From a bacterium (lineage in GTDB: Bacteria > Zhuqueibacterota > Zhuqueibacteria > Oceanimicrobiales > Oceanimicrobiaceae), in the NCBI GenBank assembly GCA_037446635.1, contig JBBIIG010000028.1, forward strand, positions 1 through 57,042: 57,042 nucleotides of DNA. Direction: 5' to 3'. A program made the translations under genes and the position numbers. The notes under the pieces were generated by a model that was given only the letters and a program-made list of their open reading frames with translations, had not been told where the DNA came from and did no database searches. This document shows, piece after piece, positions 8,508 through 17,491 of this stretch. Position 1 is the first letter of the stretch. Each line of letters begins with the position of its first letter.

Positions 8508-9814
8508 TGACGACCCGAATGATTTCAATCGACCCCCACCGAACCTTCCCCATTTTTCCGCGAAGCGGATCCACAGAAGCGGACAAAAAACAAAAATTGG
8601 GGAGGAACTTTAGAGTAACCGCCGCGGTGCTGTTAGTATTTGCGCTCGCGAACATTACCAGCGCACAAGTGGCCGTGAAAGGCGAGACGGTTTACACCAT
8701 GGCCGGGCCGCCCATCGCCGAGGGCGTGGTTTTGATCGCGCAGGGCAAAATCTCTCAAGTCGGAAAAGCCGCGGAAGTTGCAATTCCCGGCCATTTCAAA
8801 GTGATGTCCGCAAAAGTCGTGACGCCCGGACTCATTGACGCGCACAGCGTCGTCGGGCTGGCCGGTTACTACAATCAAAAGCACGATCAAGATCAATTAG
8901 AGAAATCGGATCCCATTCAACCCGAGCTGCGCGCCATCGACGCCTACAACGCTCGCGAGCCGCTGGTGCAGTGGCTGCGCAATTTGGGCGTGACCACGCT
9001 GCACACCGGCCACGCGCCGGGCGCGCTCATCAGCGGCCAAACGATGATCGTCAAAACCAAAGGCGAAATTGTGGAGGAGGCCATCATCCATCCAATGGCG
9101 ATGCTTGCCGCCACACTGGGCGACCTGGTGGAGCAAAATTTCAAATCCCCCGGCACGCGTTCCAAAGGCGTCGCCATGCTGCGTGCAGAACTGGTGAAGG
9201 CGCAAAACTACGCCAAAAAACAGCAGGCCAAAGAATCCGACAAACGTCCCGAACGCGATTTGAAACTGGAGATGCTGGTGAAAGCCCTCAAGAGAGAGAC
9301 ACCGCTGCTGGTCACGGCGCAGAAATACACCGAAATTATGAGCGCGTTGCGGCTGGCGAAAGAGTTCAATCTTAAAATCGTGCTGGACGGCGCGGCGGAG
9401 GCGTATCTACTCTTGGATGAAATCAAAGCAGCCGGCGTGCCGGTGATTTTGCATCCCACGATGGTGCGCAGCGCCGGTGAAACCCAGAATGCCACGTTTG
9501 AAACTGCGGCCAAGCTCAAATCCGCCGGCATCCCGTTCGCGTTTCAAAGCGGCTACGAAAGCTACGTGCCGAAGACGCGGGTGGTGCTGTACGAAGCCGC
9601 CATTGCTGCGGCGAATGGACTGAAATTCGAGGATGCGCTGGCCGCGATCACCATCGAGGCGGCGCGCATTTTAGGAGTCGCGCAGCGCGTCGGCTCCCTT
9701 GAAAAGGGCAAAGACGCCGACGTGGTTTTGTTCGACGGCGATCCCTTCGAGTACACCACCCACGTCTGCGGCGTGATCATCGATGGGGAGGTTGTTAGAG
9801 AGGAGTGTTTGTAA
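8507..9814 (+). CDS. secreted amidohydrolase family protein (second paralogue)
   Basis: PGLIDAHS, GSLEKGKDAD; coupled to previous gene (TAATG); repeat inserted in N-terminus. Confidence 0.88.
   Translation: MTTRMISIDPHRTFPIFPRSGSTEADKKQKLGRNFRVTAAVLLVFALANITSAQVAVKGETVYTMAGPPIAEGVVLIAQGKISQVGKAAEVAIPGHFKVMSAKVVTPGLIDAHSVVGLAGYYNQKHDQDQLEKSDPIQPELRAIDAYNAREPLVQWLRNLGVTTLHTGHAPGALISGQTMIVKTKGEIVEEAIIHPMAMLAATLGDLVEQNFKSPGTRSKGVAMLRAELVKAQNYAKKQQAKESDKRPERDLKLEMLVKALKRETPLLVTAQKYTEIMSALRLAKEFNLKIVLDGAAEAYLLLDEIKAAGVPVILHPTMVRSAGETQNATFETAAKLKSAGIPFAFQSGYESYVPKTRVVLYEAAIAAANGLKFEDALAAITIEAARILGVAQRVGSLEKGKDADVVLFDGDPFEYTTHVCGVIIDGEVVREECL
8533..8608. repeat. CCCCACC...CCTTCCCC/GGGGAGG palindromic element with nested TCCGC-GAA-GCGGA hairpin, inside a CDS
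   Basis: CCTTCCCCATTTTT (8544-8557) vs AAAAATTGGGGAGG (8592-8605); related to intergenic copy at 17436-17471. Confidence 0.6.
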
Positions 9815-9939
9815 AAGGAAGGACGGTCCAGTAGTAGTGCGGTTATGGCTGCTGGCGTGTAGATGCGAACGATTGCCAAAGTTCTAATATTTTCTCAAAA
9901 TCTTTGTTGCCCAATCGAAAGCCATTGCCAACCAATGGC

Positions 9940-10110
9940 CAACACAATGCAAGCGGACTCTCCTCTTCCCAACCGACTCTGAAAGGCCGCGAGAGCCAGT
10001 TTGTCATTCACGCTCTTCACATGTATCCACTTTGCTTGCCGAATTTCCTTGGCGCCAGGTTTGCCGGAACCAGACTCCACGACTTCTTGATAAACCTCTT
10101 CGGAATCCAC
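9940..10110 (-). pseudogene. PIN-domain (DUF3368-like) toxin fragment
   Basis: EEVYQEVVESGSGKPGAKEIRQAKWIHVKSV...LGRGESACIVLA resembles DUF3368; both ends missing. Confidence 0.65.
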
Positions 10111-10287
10111 AACCGATGGCCGAAAGATGAACATAGTAAACAACAATCAATTTTTTATTCGATGTAATTTGCGCACGCGAAAAAATCCTTGACTCCCGTT
10201 TTCCGGTTTATATCTTGGGATGGAGTAATCCACAAAACAGTGAATTTTCACGCACTCATGGAATATTAGCCTGAATTACACATTGTT

Positions 10288-10315
10288 CTTCGTGAACTTC
10301 GTGATCTTCGTGGTA
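10288..10315 (+). repeat. 3 x 9-bp tandem CTTCGTGRN repeat
   Basis: CTTCGTGAA CTTCGTGAT CTTCGTGGT. Confidence 0.6.
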
Positions 10316-10334
10316 AAAATGTCAGTTCAAACTC

Positions 10335-11105
10335 ATGCCTGAGGCCTTAAACCCAACCCAACGATTCTCCAACCGCGTCGAGAATTACATCCGATTCCGG
10401 CCGGGATATCCGGCCGCGTTGGTGGATTTATTAGAAGTCGAATGCGGGCTGACGAACGCATCGATCGTCGCCGACGTCGGATCCGGCACCGGCATTTTGG
10501 CGGAAATGTTTCTGCAGAAGGGCTACACTGTTTATGGCGTGGAGCCGAACCCGGAGATGCGGGCCGCGGGGGAACGGCTGCTCGCGAAATACGCTCGCTT
10601 TCACAGCGTCAACGGCCGCGCTGAAGCCACCTCGCTCGCGAGCCACAGCGTCGATCTGGCGACGGCGGCGCAGGCCTTTCATTGGTTCGACGCCGCAAAA
10701 GCCCGCCGCGAATTCCTGCGGATTTTGAAAACGGGCGGCTCGGTAGCGTTGATTTGGAACGACCGCGAGACGGACGCGGCGCCATTCCTGCGCGCCTACG
10801 AAAACCTGCTGCGACGATACAGCATCGACTACCAAAAAATCAATCACAGAAATGTTGATGAAAACGCCATCGCTAAATTTTTTAGTCCCGGCGCTTTCTC
10901 AATTAAAACGTTTGCCAACTTTCAGCATCTCGATTATACTGGGTTGAAAGGCCGGCTGCTTTCGTCTTCGTATATCCCAACCGCCGGCCACATCAATTAT
11001 CAACCGATGATGAAAGACCTGCGCCAATTGTTTGATAAACATCACGTGGACGGGCACGTGACCATTGAATACACCACGAGAGTTTATTACGGTAATTTGC
11101 GGTGA
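10335..11105 (+). CDS. class I SAM-dependent methyltransferase
   Basis: RFSNRVENYIRFRPGYP, ADVGSGTG, AQAFHWF. Confidence 0.9.
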   Translation: MPEALNPTQRFSNRVENYIRFRPGYPAALVDLLEVECGLTNASIVADVGSGTGILAEMFLQKGYTVYGVEPNPEMRAAGERLLAKYARFHSVNGRAEATSLASHSVDLATAAQAFHWFDAAKARREFLRILKTGGSVALIWNDRETDAAPFLRAYENLLRRYSIDYQKINHRNVDENAIAKFFSPGAFSIKTFANFQHLDYTGLKGRLLSSSYIPTAGHINYQPMMKDLRQLFDKHHVDGHVTIEYTTRVYYGNLR

Positions 11106-11707
11106 TCTCAAAAATTGCCAACGACGCCCCAACCAAAGCTTTGTCGAAGAACCCGACTCGGCTAAAATATTTTCTCTTATCCAGTCTGTTCGCGGCGTTA
11201 ACCGCGGCCGGCGCGTTCGTTAAAATTCCGCTGCCAGTGGTGCCCATCACGCTGCAAACTTTTTTTGTGATGCTCTCGGGTTCGCTGCTGGGATCGAAAT
11301 TCGGCGCGTTGAGTCAGCTCGTTTATTTGGCGGTGGGATTGTGCGGGCCGCCGGTGTTTGCCTACGGCGGCGGTCTGGCGTACGTGCTGCAGCCGACGTT
11401 CGGTTATTTGTTGAGCTACCCACTGGCTGCGTTTGTGATCGGCTATTTGATTGAACGCCGCTCGCAGCCGCCGTCGCTGGCTTGGCTCTGCGCGAGCAAC
11501 GCAGTGGGCGTAATTTCGACTTTGACGATCGGCGCCGTCGTGCTTTTTTTAAATTTAAAATTCATCGTGCAAAAACCCATTTCGCTGGCGACACTAGTGA
11601 CGAGCTACTATTTGGCATTTCTTCCCGGCGACGCCGTCAAAGTTTTTGTGAGCGCCGTTACGGCGAGAAAACTATTTGGAGTGTTGAAACCATTTGAGGC
11701 TGTCTAA
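11102..11707 (+). CDS. bioY: biotin transporter BioY
   Basis: PVVPITLQTFFV...PVFA..GGG...PTFGYLLSY...FLPGDAVK. Confidence 0.92.
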   Translation: MISKIANDAPTKALSKNPTRLKYFLLSSLFAALTAAGAFVKIPLPVVPITLQTFFVMLSGSLLGSKFGALSQLVYLAVGLCGPPVFAYGGGLAYVLQPTFGYLLSYPLAAFVIGYLIERRSQPPSLAWLCASNAVGVISTLTIGAVVLFLNLKFIVQKPISLATLVTSYYLAFLPGDAVKVFVSAVTARKLFGVLKPFEAV

Positions 11708-11715
11708 AAGGCGAA

Positions 11716-11816
11716 TGGCACTGCGAGGCGCTGTTTGCCTGCCTGCAGCAGGCAGGCCGAAGCAGTCTCCACGCTAAAATCAGCAGATGGCTTCGCAAAA
11801 AGCGCTCGCGATGACA
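11716..11816. repeat. ~100-bp G(G/T)CACTGCGAG...CTCGCGATGAC palindromic repeat carrying a 19-bp CCTGCCTGCAGCAGGCAGG insert
   Basis: Terminal inverted arms; internal GAAGCAGTCT/AGATGGCTTC arms; insert at 11738-11756. Confidence 0.75.
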
Positions 11817-11824
11817 TCTTTATT

Positions 11825-12841
11825 ATGAGCAAAACCATAAAAACCGGCGTCAGTTATTTTGGCAATCGCAATCCGCGCCACTTTGTGAGCGATCTCGAAG
11901 AGATCGTCAGCCACAACTGCAGCTTCATCGTGCACACCTTTTCGGAGAACGATCAGGAGTATTACAAAGACACCGTCGGCGAGATGATCGCGCTCTCGAA
12001 AGACGCCGGCCTCGAATGCTACCTCGATCCCTGGGGCGTCGGCCGGGTGTTTGGCGGCGAGGCCTACAGTAAATTTGCGCTGCTCAATCGCGACGCCTGC
12101 CAGATTTTTCCCGACGGCAAGCTCGCGCCGGCGGCGTGTCTCAACCATCCGCTCTTCCGCGATTTCATGCGCAAGTGGATCGACGACGCCGCGGAGATTG
12201 GCGCGCAAGTTTTGTTTTGGGACGAGCCGCATTTTTTCATCAACTTGAAAGAAAAGGAGCGCTTCGAAATCTGGCACTGCCGCTGCGGCTGCTGCAGCGA
12301 GCGCTTTTTCAAGCGCTTTCAAAAATCGTTCGCCGAGGCGACCACCGAAGAAATCACCCTTTTTCGCGATGAATCGGTGGTGGAATTTCTCTCCGAGTTG
12401 TGCCGGCAGGGTCGCGCCAAAGGCATGAAAAACGCCCTCTGCCTCCTGCCCTTCCGCGACGCCGCGCTGGGACTCTCCGACTGGTCGAAGGCCGCGGCGA
12501 TTCCGGAGATCGATATTTTCGGCACCGATCCCTACTGGATGTTTTTCGAGAAAGACGTGCGGCAGTACGTCGGCGACTACGCCCGCGAGGTGCAGCGCCT
12601 TTCCGAAAAATTCAGCAAGGAATCGCAAATTTGGATTCAGGCCTACAAAATTGCCGCTGGCCGCGAAGAAGAATTGAAGGAAGCGATTGCGGTTGCTTAT
12701 GCCGAGGGCGTGCGCAACTTCGCGGCGTGGAGTTACTACGGCAACGCCTACATGTCTTACAATCGCAGCGACGATCCGCAAAAAGTGTGGGATGTTTTGG
12801 GAGCGGTTTATGAAGAGCTGCTTAGAGGTGAGTGGGGGTAA
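11825..12841 (+). CDS. putative glycoside-hydrolase-like TIM-barrel protein
   Basis: Start ATG 11825 (the track's upstream extension lies in a repeat); LDPWGVG..FGGE, FWDEPH, GTDPYW, WIQ motifs. Confidence 0.6.
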   Translation: MSKTIKTGVSYFGNRNPRHFVSDLEEIVSHNCSFIVHTFSENDQEYYKDTVGEMIALSKDAGLECYLDPWGVGRVFGGEAYSKFALLNRDACQIFPDGKLAPAACLNHPLFRDFMRKWIDDAAEIGAQVLFWDEPHFFINLKEKERFEIWHCRCGCCSERFFKRFQKSFAEATTEEITLFRDESVVEFLSELCRQGRAKGMKNALCLLPFRDAALGLSDWSKAAAIPEIDIFGTDPYWMFFEKDVRQYVGDYAREVQRLSEKFSKESQIWIQAYKIAAGREEELKEAIAVAYAEGVRNFAAWSYYGNAYMSYNRSDDPQKVWDVLGAVYEELLRGEWG

Positions 12842-12910
12842 GAGCGCCCTCTACACTTTTTAGAATTGACTTTTTATCTTATTGCCTGATCTCCTACCTG
12901 CATTATAAAA

Positions 12911-13147
12911 TTAAGCAATTTCAGTTTCTACCGCGCGGACGTGCAAAATTTCCGAACGCTGAATGGGTCGAACGTCGGATTCTGTGAGCGTTAGCAAAGC
13001 CACTGTTTTACCCTCTGCCGTGACAAACTCAACCTCGTAGCCAATGTTGTCCTCATAGCAATGGACAACCGTTCCCACGTCGCCAGCCTTCAGTCCGTAG
13101 TTGTCGATATCGTGGTTGAGAGCAACCAATTCTAACTCTTTCATCAT
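12911..13147 (-). CDS. DUF4926 domain protein (putative antitoxin/immunity)
   Basis: ELELVAL..DI..YGLKAGDVGTVVH....GYEVEF...G.T.ALLTL; AAGGAG SD. Confidence 0.85.
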   Translation of the reverse strand: MMKELELVALNHDIDNYGLKAGDVGTVVHCYEDNIGYEVEFVTAEGKTVALLTLTESDVRPIQRSEILHVRAVETEIA

Positions 13148-13171
13148 TTCACACTCCTTAAAATCACGAAT

Positions 13172-13207
13172 TCAATTGGGTATTGCTGTTACAAAACGTG
13201 GACGACT
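13172..13207 (-). pseudogene. C-terminal stub of DUF6883-like partner gene
   Basis: Reads SRPRFVTAIPN*, resembling the PRxVTAxP end of genes usually found upstream of DUF4926. Confidence 0.5.
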
Positions 13208-13406
13208 ATGAGTTAGTAAATTAGGTTAAATTTACCAATTCACGGCTGAAAAATAGTTTATAGTTTTCGCAAAGTCAAATAAAAATTTTCTCCACTTACG
13301 TTCGCCATCCATACATGCTAAAAAACCGGCGCGCGCGCCCCCAAAATTCAACTTGACTAACGAACTTAGTTTAACTATATTTGCGCCAACAACTTGGTGC
13401 GCTGCC

Positions 13407-13982
13407 ATGTTAAGCAAGAACGAATCCACCAATAACTCCCCCCTCAAATTTCACATCGGAGACGCTTTGTGGCGAAATGTTTTTAAAAAGGACGCGCGGC
13501 AAAAAGAATCCATTTTCAGCATCCTGCGCAAGGTGCCGCTGTTCAAGGGCATGAACAAATCCGAGCTGAATGAATTCGACAAGATCATCCACCGCCGCAA
13601 ATACAAAGAACAAGAAACGATTTTCTACGAAGGCGAGCCGGGCGTGGGCATGTACATCGTGCAGGAGGGCGCGGTGGGCATTTACAAGAATACCGTCGAA
13701 GACGAAAAAGAAGAGTTGGCGCAATTGAGCGCCGGCGAATTTTTTGGCGAGCTGGCGTTGTTGGACGAAACGCCGCGCTCCGCCACCGCCGTGGCGCTGG
13801 AGGACACCCGCATCCTCGGTTTGTTCCTGCCGGATTTGCTGGATTTGATCGATCGCAAGCCGCGGCTCGGCAACAAGTTTCTGTTCCAACTGGCCATGCT
13901 CATCGGCGAGCGGCTGAAGCACACCAATCAAGAGCTGCAAACCCTGTGGGCAAAGTTTGAAGAGTCCAAAGTCATCACCTGA
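13407..13982 (+). CDS. cyclic nucleotide-binding domain protein
   Basis: IFYEGEPGVGMYIV..G.V, GEFFGELALLDETPRSATAVA; no clear HTH; start uncertain. Confidence 0.9.
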   Translation: MLSKNESTNNSPLKFHIGDALWRNVFKKDARQKESIFSILRKVPLFKGMNKSELNEFDKIIHRRKYKEQETIFYEGEPGVGMYIVQEGAVGIYKNTVEDEKEELAQLSAGEFFGELALLDETPRSATAVALEDTRILGLFLPDLLDLIDRKPRLGNKFLFQLAMLIGERLKHTNQELQTLWAKFEESKVIT

Positions 13983-13987
13983 TTTTC

Positions 13988-15058
13988 ATGACCACTCCCA
14001 TCTCCAGCTTGACCATCCAGTTTAAACCCAAGGCTATCAGAAAAATCGCCATCTGGGCCGGCGCGCTGTTGGCGTTTGTGGGGCTGCTGGTGATTTTGCC
14101 GCCGCTGAAGTCGGTGCTGATCATTCTGGTGATCGCGCTGTTTGCGGCGATGCTGCTCAACCCCGTCGTCGATTTTTTTGAGAACCGCGGCATCAACCGT
14201 TTGCTGGCGGTGGTGCTGGTTTTCACGGTGATCGTTTTTTTGATTGCGGTGGGCATCGAATTTTTGGCGCCGGTGGTCTCGCACGAAGTGGAGCAGATGA
14301 GCGCGGCCCTGCAAGGCCAATCCAGCGATCAGATGATTGGCAAGTTTCAAAAAAGCCTGGCGAAGGCCATTCCGCTGCTGGCCAACCCGATGTTTCAAAA
14401 CGAGCTCAAAGGACAGTTGGACGCGCTGCTGCAAAAAAGTTTGTCGCTGCTTTTAGGGATGCTGTCGGCGGTGGTGGACATGGTGATGTTGGGCTTCATC
14501 ACCTTCTTTTTTTTGAAAGACGGCCGGCGCATGAAAAAAGCCGTGGTGAGCTGGGTGCCGAATCGCTATTTTGAAATGGCGCTGATTATCTTGCACAAAA
14601 CCGCGCAGCGGCTCGGCAGCTATTTGCGGGGACAGTTGCTGGTGGCGGCCATCGTCGGCGCGCTCAGCATCACAGCTTTGTATCTGCTTGGCATTCGCTA
14701 CTATTTTTTCATCGGCGTGATGGCCGGCATGGCCAACATGATTCCCTACTTCGGGCCGCTGGTGGGCGCCATCCCGGCGATGATCATCGCGCTGTGGGAT
14801 TCCGGCGCCATCGGCCCGGTGGCGGCGGTGGCGGTGGCGTTCGCCAGCATCCAGCTTTTCGAGAATATTTTTATCTCGCCGTTCATCGTTTCCAAAAGCG
14901 TCGAGCTGCACCCGCTGACAGTCATCATCGTGATTTTGATTGGCGGGCAACTGTTGGGCATCTTCGGCATGTTGATGGCGGTTCCCATTGCCAGCATCAT
15001 CAAAGTGACCGCGAAGGAGCTGTACTGGGGGTTTAAAAATTATCGTATTTTTACCTAA
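13988..15058 (+). CDS. AI-2E family transporter
   Basis: Multi-TM; YLRGQL, NMIPYFGP, QLFEN.FISP.IVSKSVELHP. Confidence 0.92.
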   Translation: MTTPISSLTIQFKPKAIRKIAIWAGALLAFVGLLVILPPLKSVLIILVIALFAAMLLNPVVDFFENRGINRLLAVVLVFTVIVFLIAVGIEFLAPVVSHEVEQMSAALQGQSSDQMIGKFQKSLAKAIPLLANPMFQNELKGQLDALLQKSLSLLLGMLSAVVDMVMLGFITFFFLKDGRRMKKAVVSWVPNRYFEMALIILHKTAQRLGSYLRGQLLVAAIVGALSITALYLLGIRYYFFIGVMAGMANMIPYFGPLVGAIPAMIIALWDSGAIGPVAAVAVAFASIQLFENIFISPFIVSKSVELHPLTVIIVILIGGQLLGIFGMLMAVPIASIIKVTAKELYWGFKNYRIFT

Positions 15059-15074
15059 GGCGTTGTGATTTGAC

Positions 15075-15103
15075 GTAGGGAACGCATAATATGCGTTCGC
15101 TAC
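15075..15103. repeat. GTAG-type REP hairpin
   Basis: GTAGGGAACGCAT-AAT-ATGCGTTCGCTAC. Confidence 0.75.
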
Positions 15104-15139
15104 CTTAAGAAATCTCTTTTGTAAAACGATAATCTAATT

Positions 15140-15844
15140 ATGAGACGACCGTTTTTATTTTTCATTTATACTTTAGTTCTGGCTCTAAGTGCGCCGAAGT
15201 GGCTACAGTCCCAGCCCAAAGACGATAACAAAATCAACAACCAACGAGCTAGCCGTGCCAACAGCTTGCGGAATTTTCTTCACACCGGAATGAACGAGTG
15301 GTCGTTTTGGAGCGGCTTTTCCTTCGATTCGCCGGCCGGCAGCTACATCGGCCTCACCGAGGGCCGGGAGTTTTTTCTGGCTGCGTTGCAGTTCGGCCGC
15401 ACGGTTGCGGCGAACCGCCACGTGGCGTTGGAGTACACTCTCGATTTCATTCCGGTGGCCGTGGTCACCAAAAATCCCAAACCGAATTTCGACTCGGCGC
15501 CAGACGCCAACAACCGCGGCGGCGAGGTTCAGGTGTCTTCAGTTTATGGATTTGGATTCTCGCCGGTGGGATTGAAATTCTATTTTGTGCAGAGCCAGCG
15601 CTCGCGCTTGTTTCTCTCGGCCAGCGCCGGCTTTTTGTCGTTCAAGGAAGACGTGCCGCTGCCCGAGGCGCGCAAATTTAATTTTGCATTTGATTTTGGC
15701 GGCGGCATTCAACTGCTCGCCAGCGCCCGCTGGGGGCTGACTCTCGGCTACCGTCTGCACCACCTTTCCAACGCCAACACCGCCGACGCCAACCCGGGTT
15801 TAGATGCGAACATTTTTTATCTTGGAATTTCCAGCTTCCGATAA
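15140..15844 (+). CDS. acyloxyacyl hydrolase / PagL-like outer-membrane beta-barrel
   Basis: Signal peptide; FNF..GGG, YRLHHLSNA...NPGLD motif. Confidence 0.8.
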   Translation: MRRPFLFFIYTLVLALSAPKWLQSQPKDDNKINNQRASRANSLRNFLHTGMNEWSFWSGFSFDSPAGSYIGLTEGREFFLAALQFGRTVAANRHVALEYTLDFIPVAVVTKNPKPNFDSAPDANNRGGEVQVSSVYGFGFSPVGLKFYFVQSQRSRLFLSASAGFLSFKEDVPLPEARKFNFAFDFGGGIQLLASARWGLTLGYRLHHLSNANTADANPGLDANIFYLGISSFR

Positions 15845-15851
15845 AAACTAA

Positions 15852-15872
15852 AACACGGTTGCAAACCGTGTT
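15852..15872. terminator. hairpin between convergent genes (terminator or REP)
   Basis: AACACGGTT-GCA-AACCGTGTT. Confidence 0.55.
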
Positions 15873-15887
15873 GGATCGATCTTAAAG

Positions 15888-16787
15888 TCACCCCAGAATT
15901 TTCGCGCCGCTATTTTCAAATCCGCACGCCACCACCCTCCCCGCGATTTTTAATTTCAGGCGCAGCGCTTGCCAGGCAGCAGACAATTTCATTGCCGCGC
16001 GTTTTTCCGTTATCCCTAAAATAGCCGAGCCCGAGCCGCTGATGCACACGCCCAGCGCGCCGCTGGCGTATCCCACTTTTTCAAATTCATCGAAGCTGGG
16101 GATGAGGTGTTTGCGGAAAGGCTGGTGCAGGCGATCCTGCATCGCCGTTTTGAGGGCACCGTAGTCGCGCGCGATCAGCGCGTGCGCCAACAGGGCGCTG
16201 CGCTGCACGTTGAAAACGGCGTCGGCGTGCGTCACGGTTTTGGGGAGAACGCGCCGCGCCTCGTGAGTGGAGACGGCGGCATTTGGGAGGAAAATCACCG
16301 CCTGCAGGGAGTCGTCGATTGCAAACCTTTTGGAGATCACCCGGCCATTTTCGATGCAATTGATCGTGGCGCCGCCCAACAGCGATGCCGCGGCGTTTTC
16401 CGGATGGCCTTCCAATTCATTCGCAAGATTGAGCAGCTCTGAATTTTCTAATCGCGCGGCGGCGAGCTGGTTGGCGCACAGCAGCCCGGCTACCACTGCG
16501 GCGCCGCTGCTGCCGAGCCCGCGAAACACCGGGATGCTGTTTTTGATTTTTATTTTGAGAGCTGGCAGGGGTTGGTGAGTTTGTGAAAAAATTTTTTGCG
16601 CAGCTTGAAAAATGAGATTGCTTTTGTCGGCGGGAATGCCGGCGCCGCCTTCGCCGCTGGCGGTGATGTCAAAACCGGCCGCCGCAAAATTCATTTCCAC
16701 TTCGAGATAGATTTGCAGCGCCGCGCCGAAACAATCGAAGCCCGCGCCCAAGTTGGAGGTGGAGCCGGGCACGCGCACTCTAACCAT
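15888..16787 (-). CDS. thrB: homoserine kinase
   Basis: PGSTSNLGAGFD, RGLGSSGA, EGHPEN, ISGSGS. Confidence 0.93.
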   Translation of the reverse strand: MVRVRVPGSTSNLGAGFDCFGAALQIYLEVEMNFAAAGFDITASGEGGAGIPADKSNLIFQAAQKIFSQTHQPLPALKIKIKNSIPVFRGLGSSGAAVVAGLLCANQLAAARLENSELLNLANELEGHPENAAASLLGGATINCIENGRVISKRFAIDDSLQAVIFLPNAAVSTHEARRVLPKTVTHADAVFNVQRSALLAHALIARDYGALKTAMQDRLHQPFRKHLIPSFDEFEKVGYASGALGVCISGSGSAILGITEKRAAMKLSAAWQALRLKLKIAGRVVACGFENSGAKILG

Positions 16788-17361
16788 CGCTGATTTTGCG
16801 GCTCCCCGGTTTGACCAGCGGCGCGCCCTGCCGGCACAGCTCGCAGCGCTCCGGCGGCGTCGTTTCGATATTGAGTTGGATCAACGAAAATAATTCAACC
16901 CCCAATTCAGCGCGGCCGCCGCTGCGATCGACGATGCACGCCGCGCCGGCCACGTCACCGCCCAGCGACTTCACCAGCGCGATCACTTCCGCCACCGAGC
17001 CGCCGGTGGTGATCACGTCTTCCACCACCAGCAGCCGCTCGCCCTTTTTAATTTCGAAGCCGCGGCGCAGCGCCATCGACCCACCCTCGCGCTCGGTGAA
17101 GATCGCGCGGGCATTTAGAGACCGCGCGATTTCGTGGGCAACGATAATGCCGCCGATAGCCGGCGCGGCCACTGCGGAAATGTTGTGTTTCACAAAATGC
17201 TCGGCAATTTGCGCGCAGAGTTGTTCGGCAAATTTTGGGTATTGCAGAACTTTGGCGCATTGAAAGTACTGCCGGCTGTGCAAACCGGAGCTCAAAAGAA
17301 AATGTCCGTGCAGCAGCGCGCCGGTGGTTTCAAAAAGTTTTAAAACGGCGTCGGGGTTCAT
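16780..17361 (-). CDS. pyrE: orotate phosphoribosyltransferase
   Basis: GHFLLSSGLHS..YFQ, VVEDVITTGGS; likely start ATG 17361. Confidence 0.95.
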   Translation of the reverse strand: MNPDAVLKLFETTGALLHGHFLLSSGLHSRQYFQCAKVLQYPKFAEQLCAQIAEHFVKHNISAVAAPAIGGIIVAHEIARSLNARAIFTEREGGSMALRRGFEIKKGERLLVVEDVITTGGSVAEVIALVKSLGGDVAGAACIVDRSGGRAELGVELFSLIQLNIETTPPERCELCRQGAPLVKPGSRKISDG

Positions 17362-17435
17362 AATGTTTGCTAAAATAGTCATTTCAAAAATAGTTAGTAG
17401 AGATTGACTCGGAGCCGCTGTTCTCAATCGCCGGA

Positions 17436-17471
17436 CCCATCCTAACCTTCCACCTAAAAGACGGGAAGGGA
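17436..17471. repeat. CCCATCCTAACCTTCC...GGGAAGGG palindromic repeat
   Basis: Intergenic pyrF-pyrE; same architecture as 8533-8608. Confidence 0.6.
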
Positions 17472-17491
17472 TTTATCCTCGGTCCACTTAG

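Noticed and set aside
11735..11824. N-terminal extensions given by the ORF track (also pyrE, pyrF, ftsK, M28 peptidase, SRPBCC, FAD oxidoreductase)
   Set aside because: They run through repeats or neighbouring genes; downstream starts fit SD/overlap signals and family lengths better.
13204..13231. dif-like site (TTAGGTTAAAT resembles the XerD arm)
   Set aside because: No acceptable XerC arm at the 6-bp spacing.
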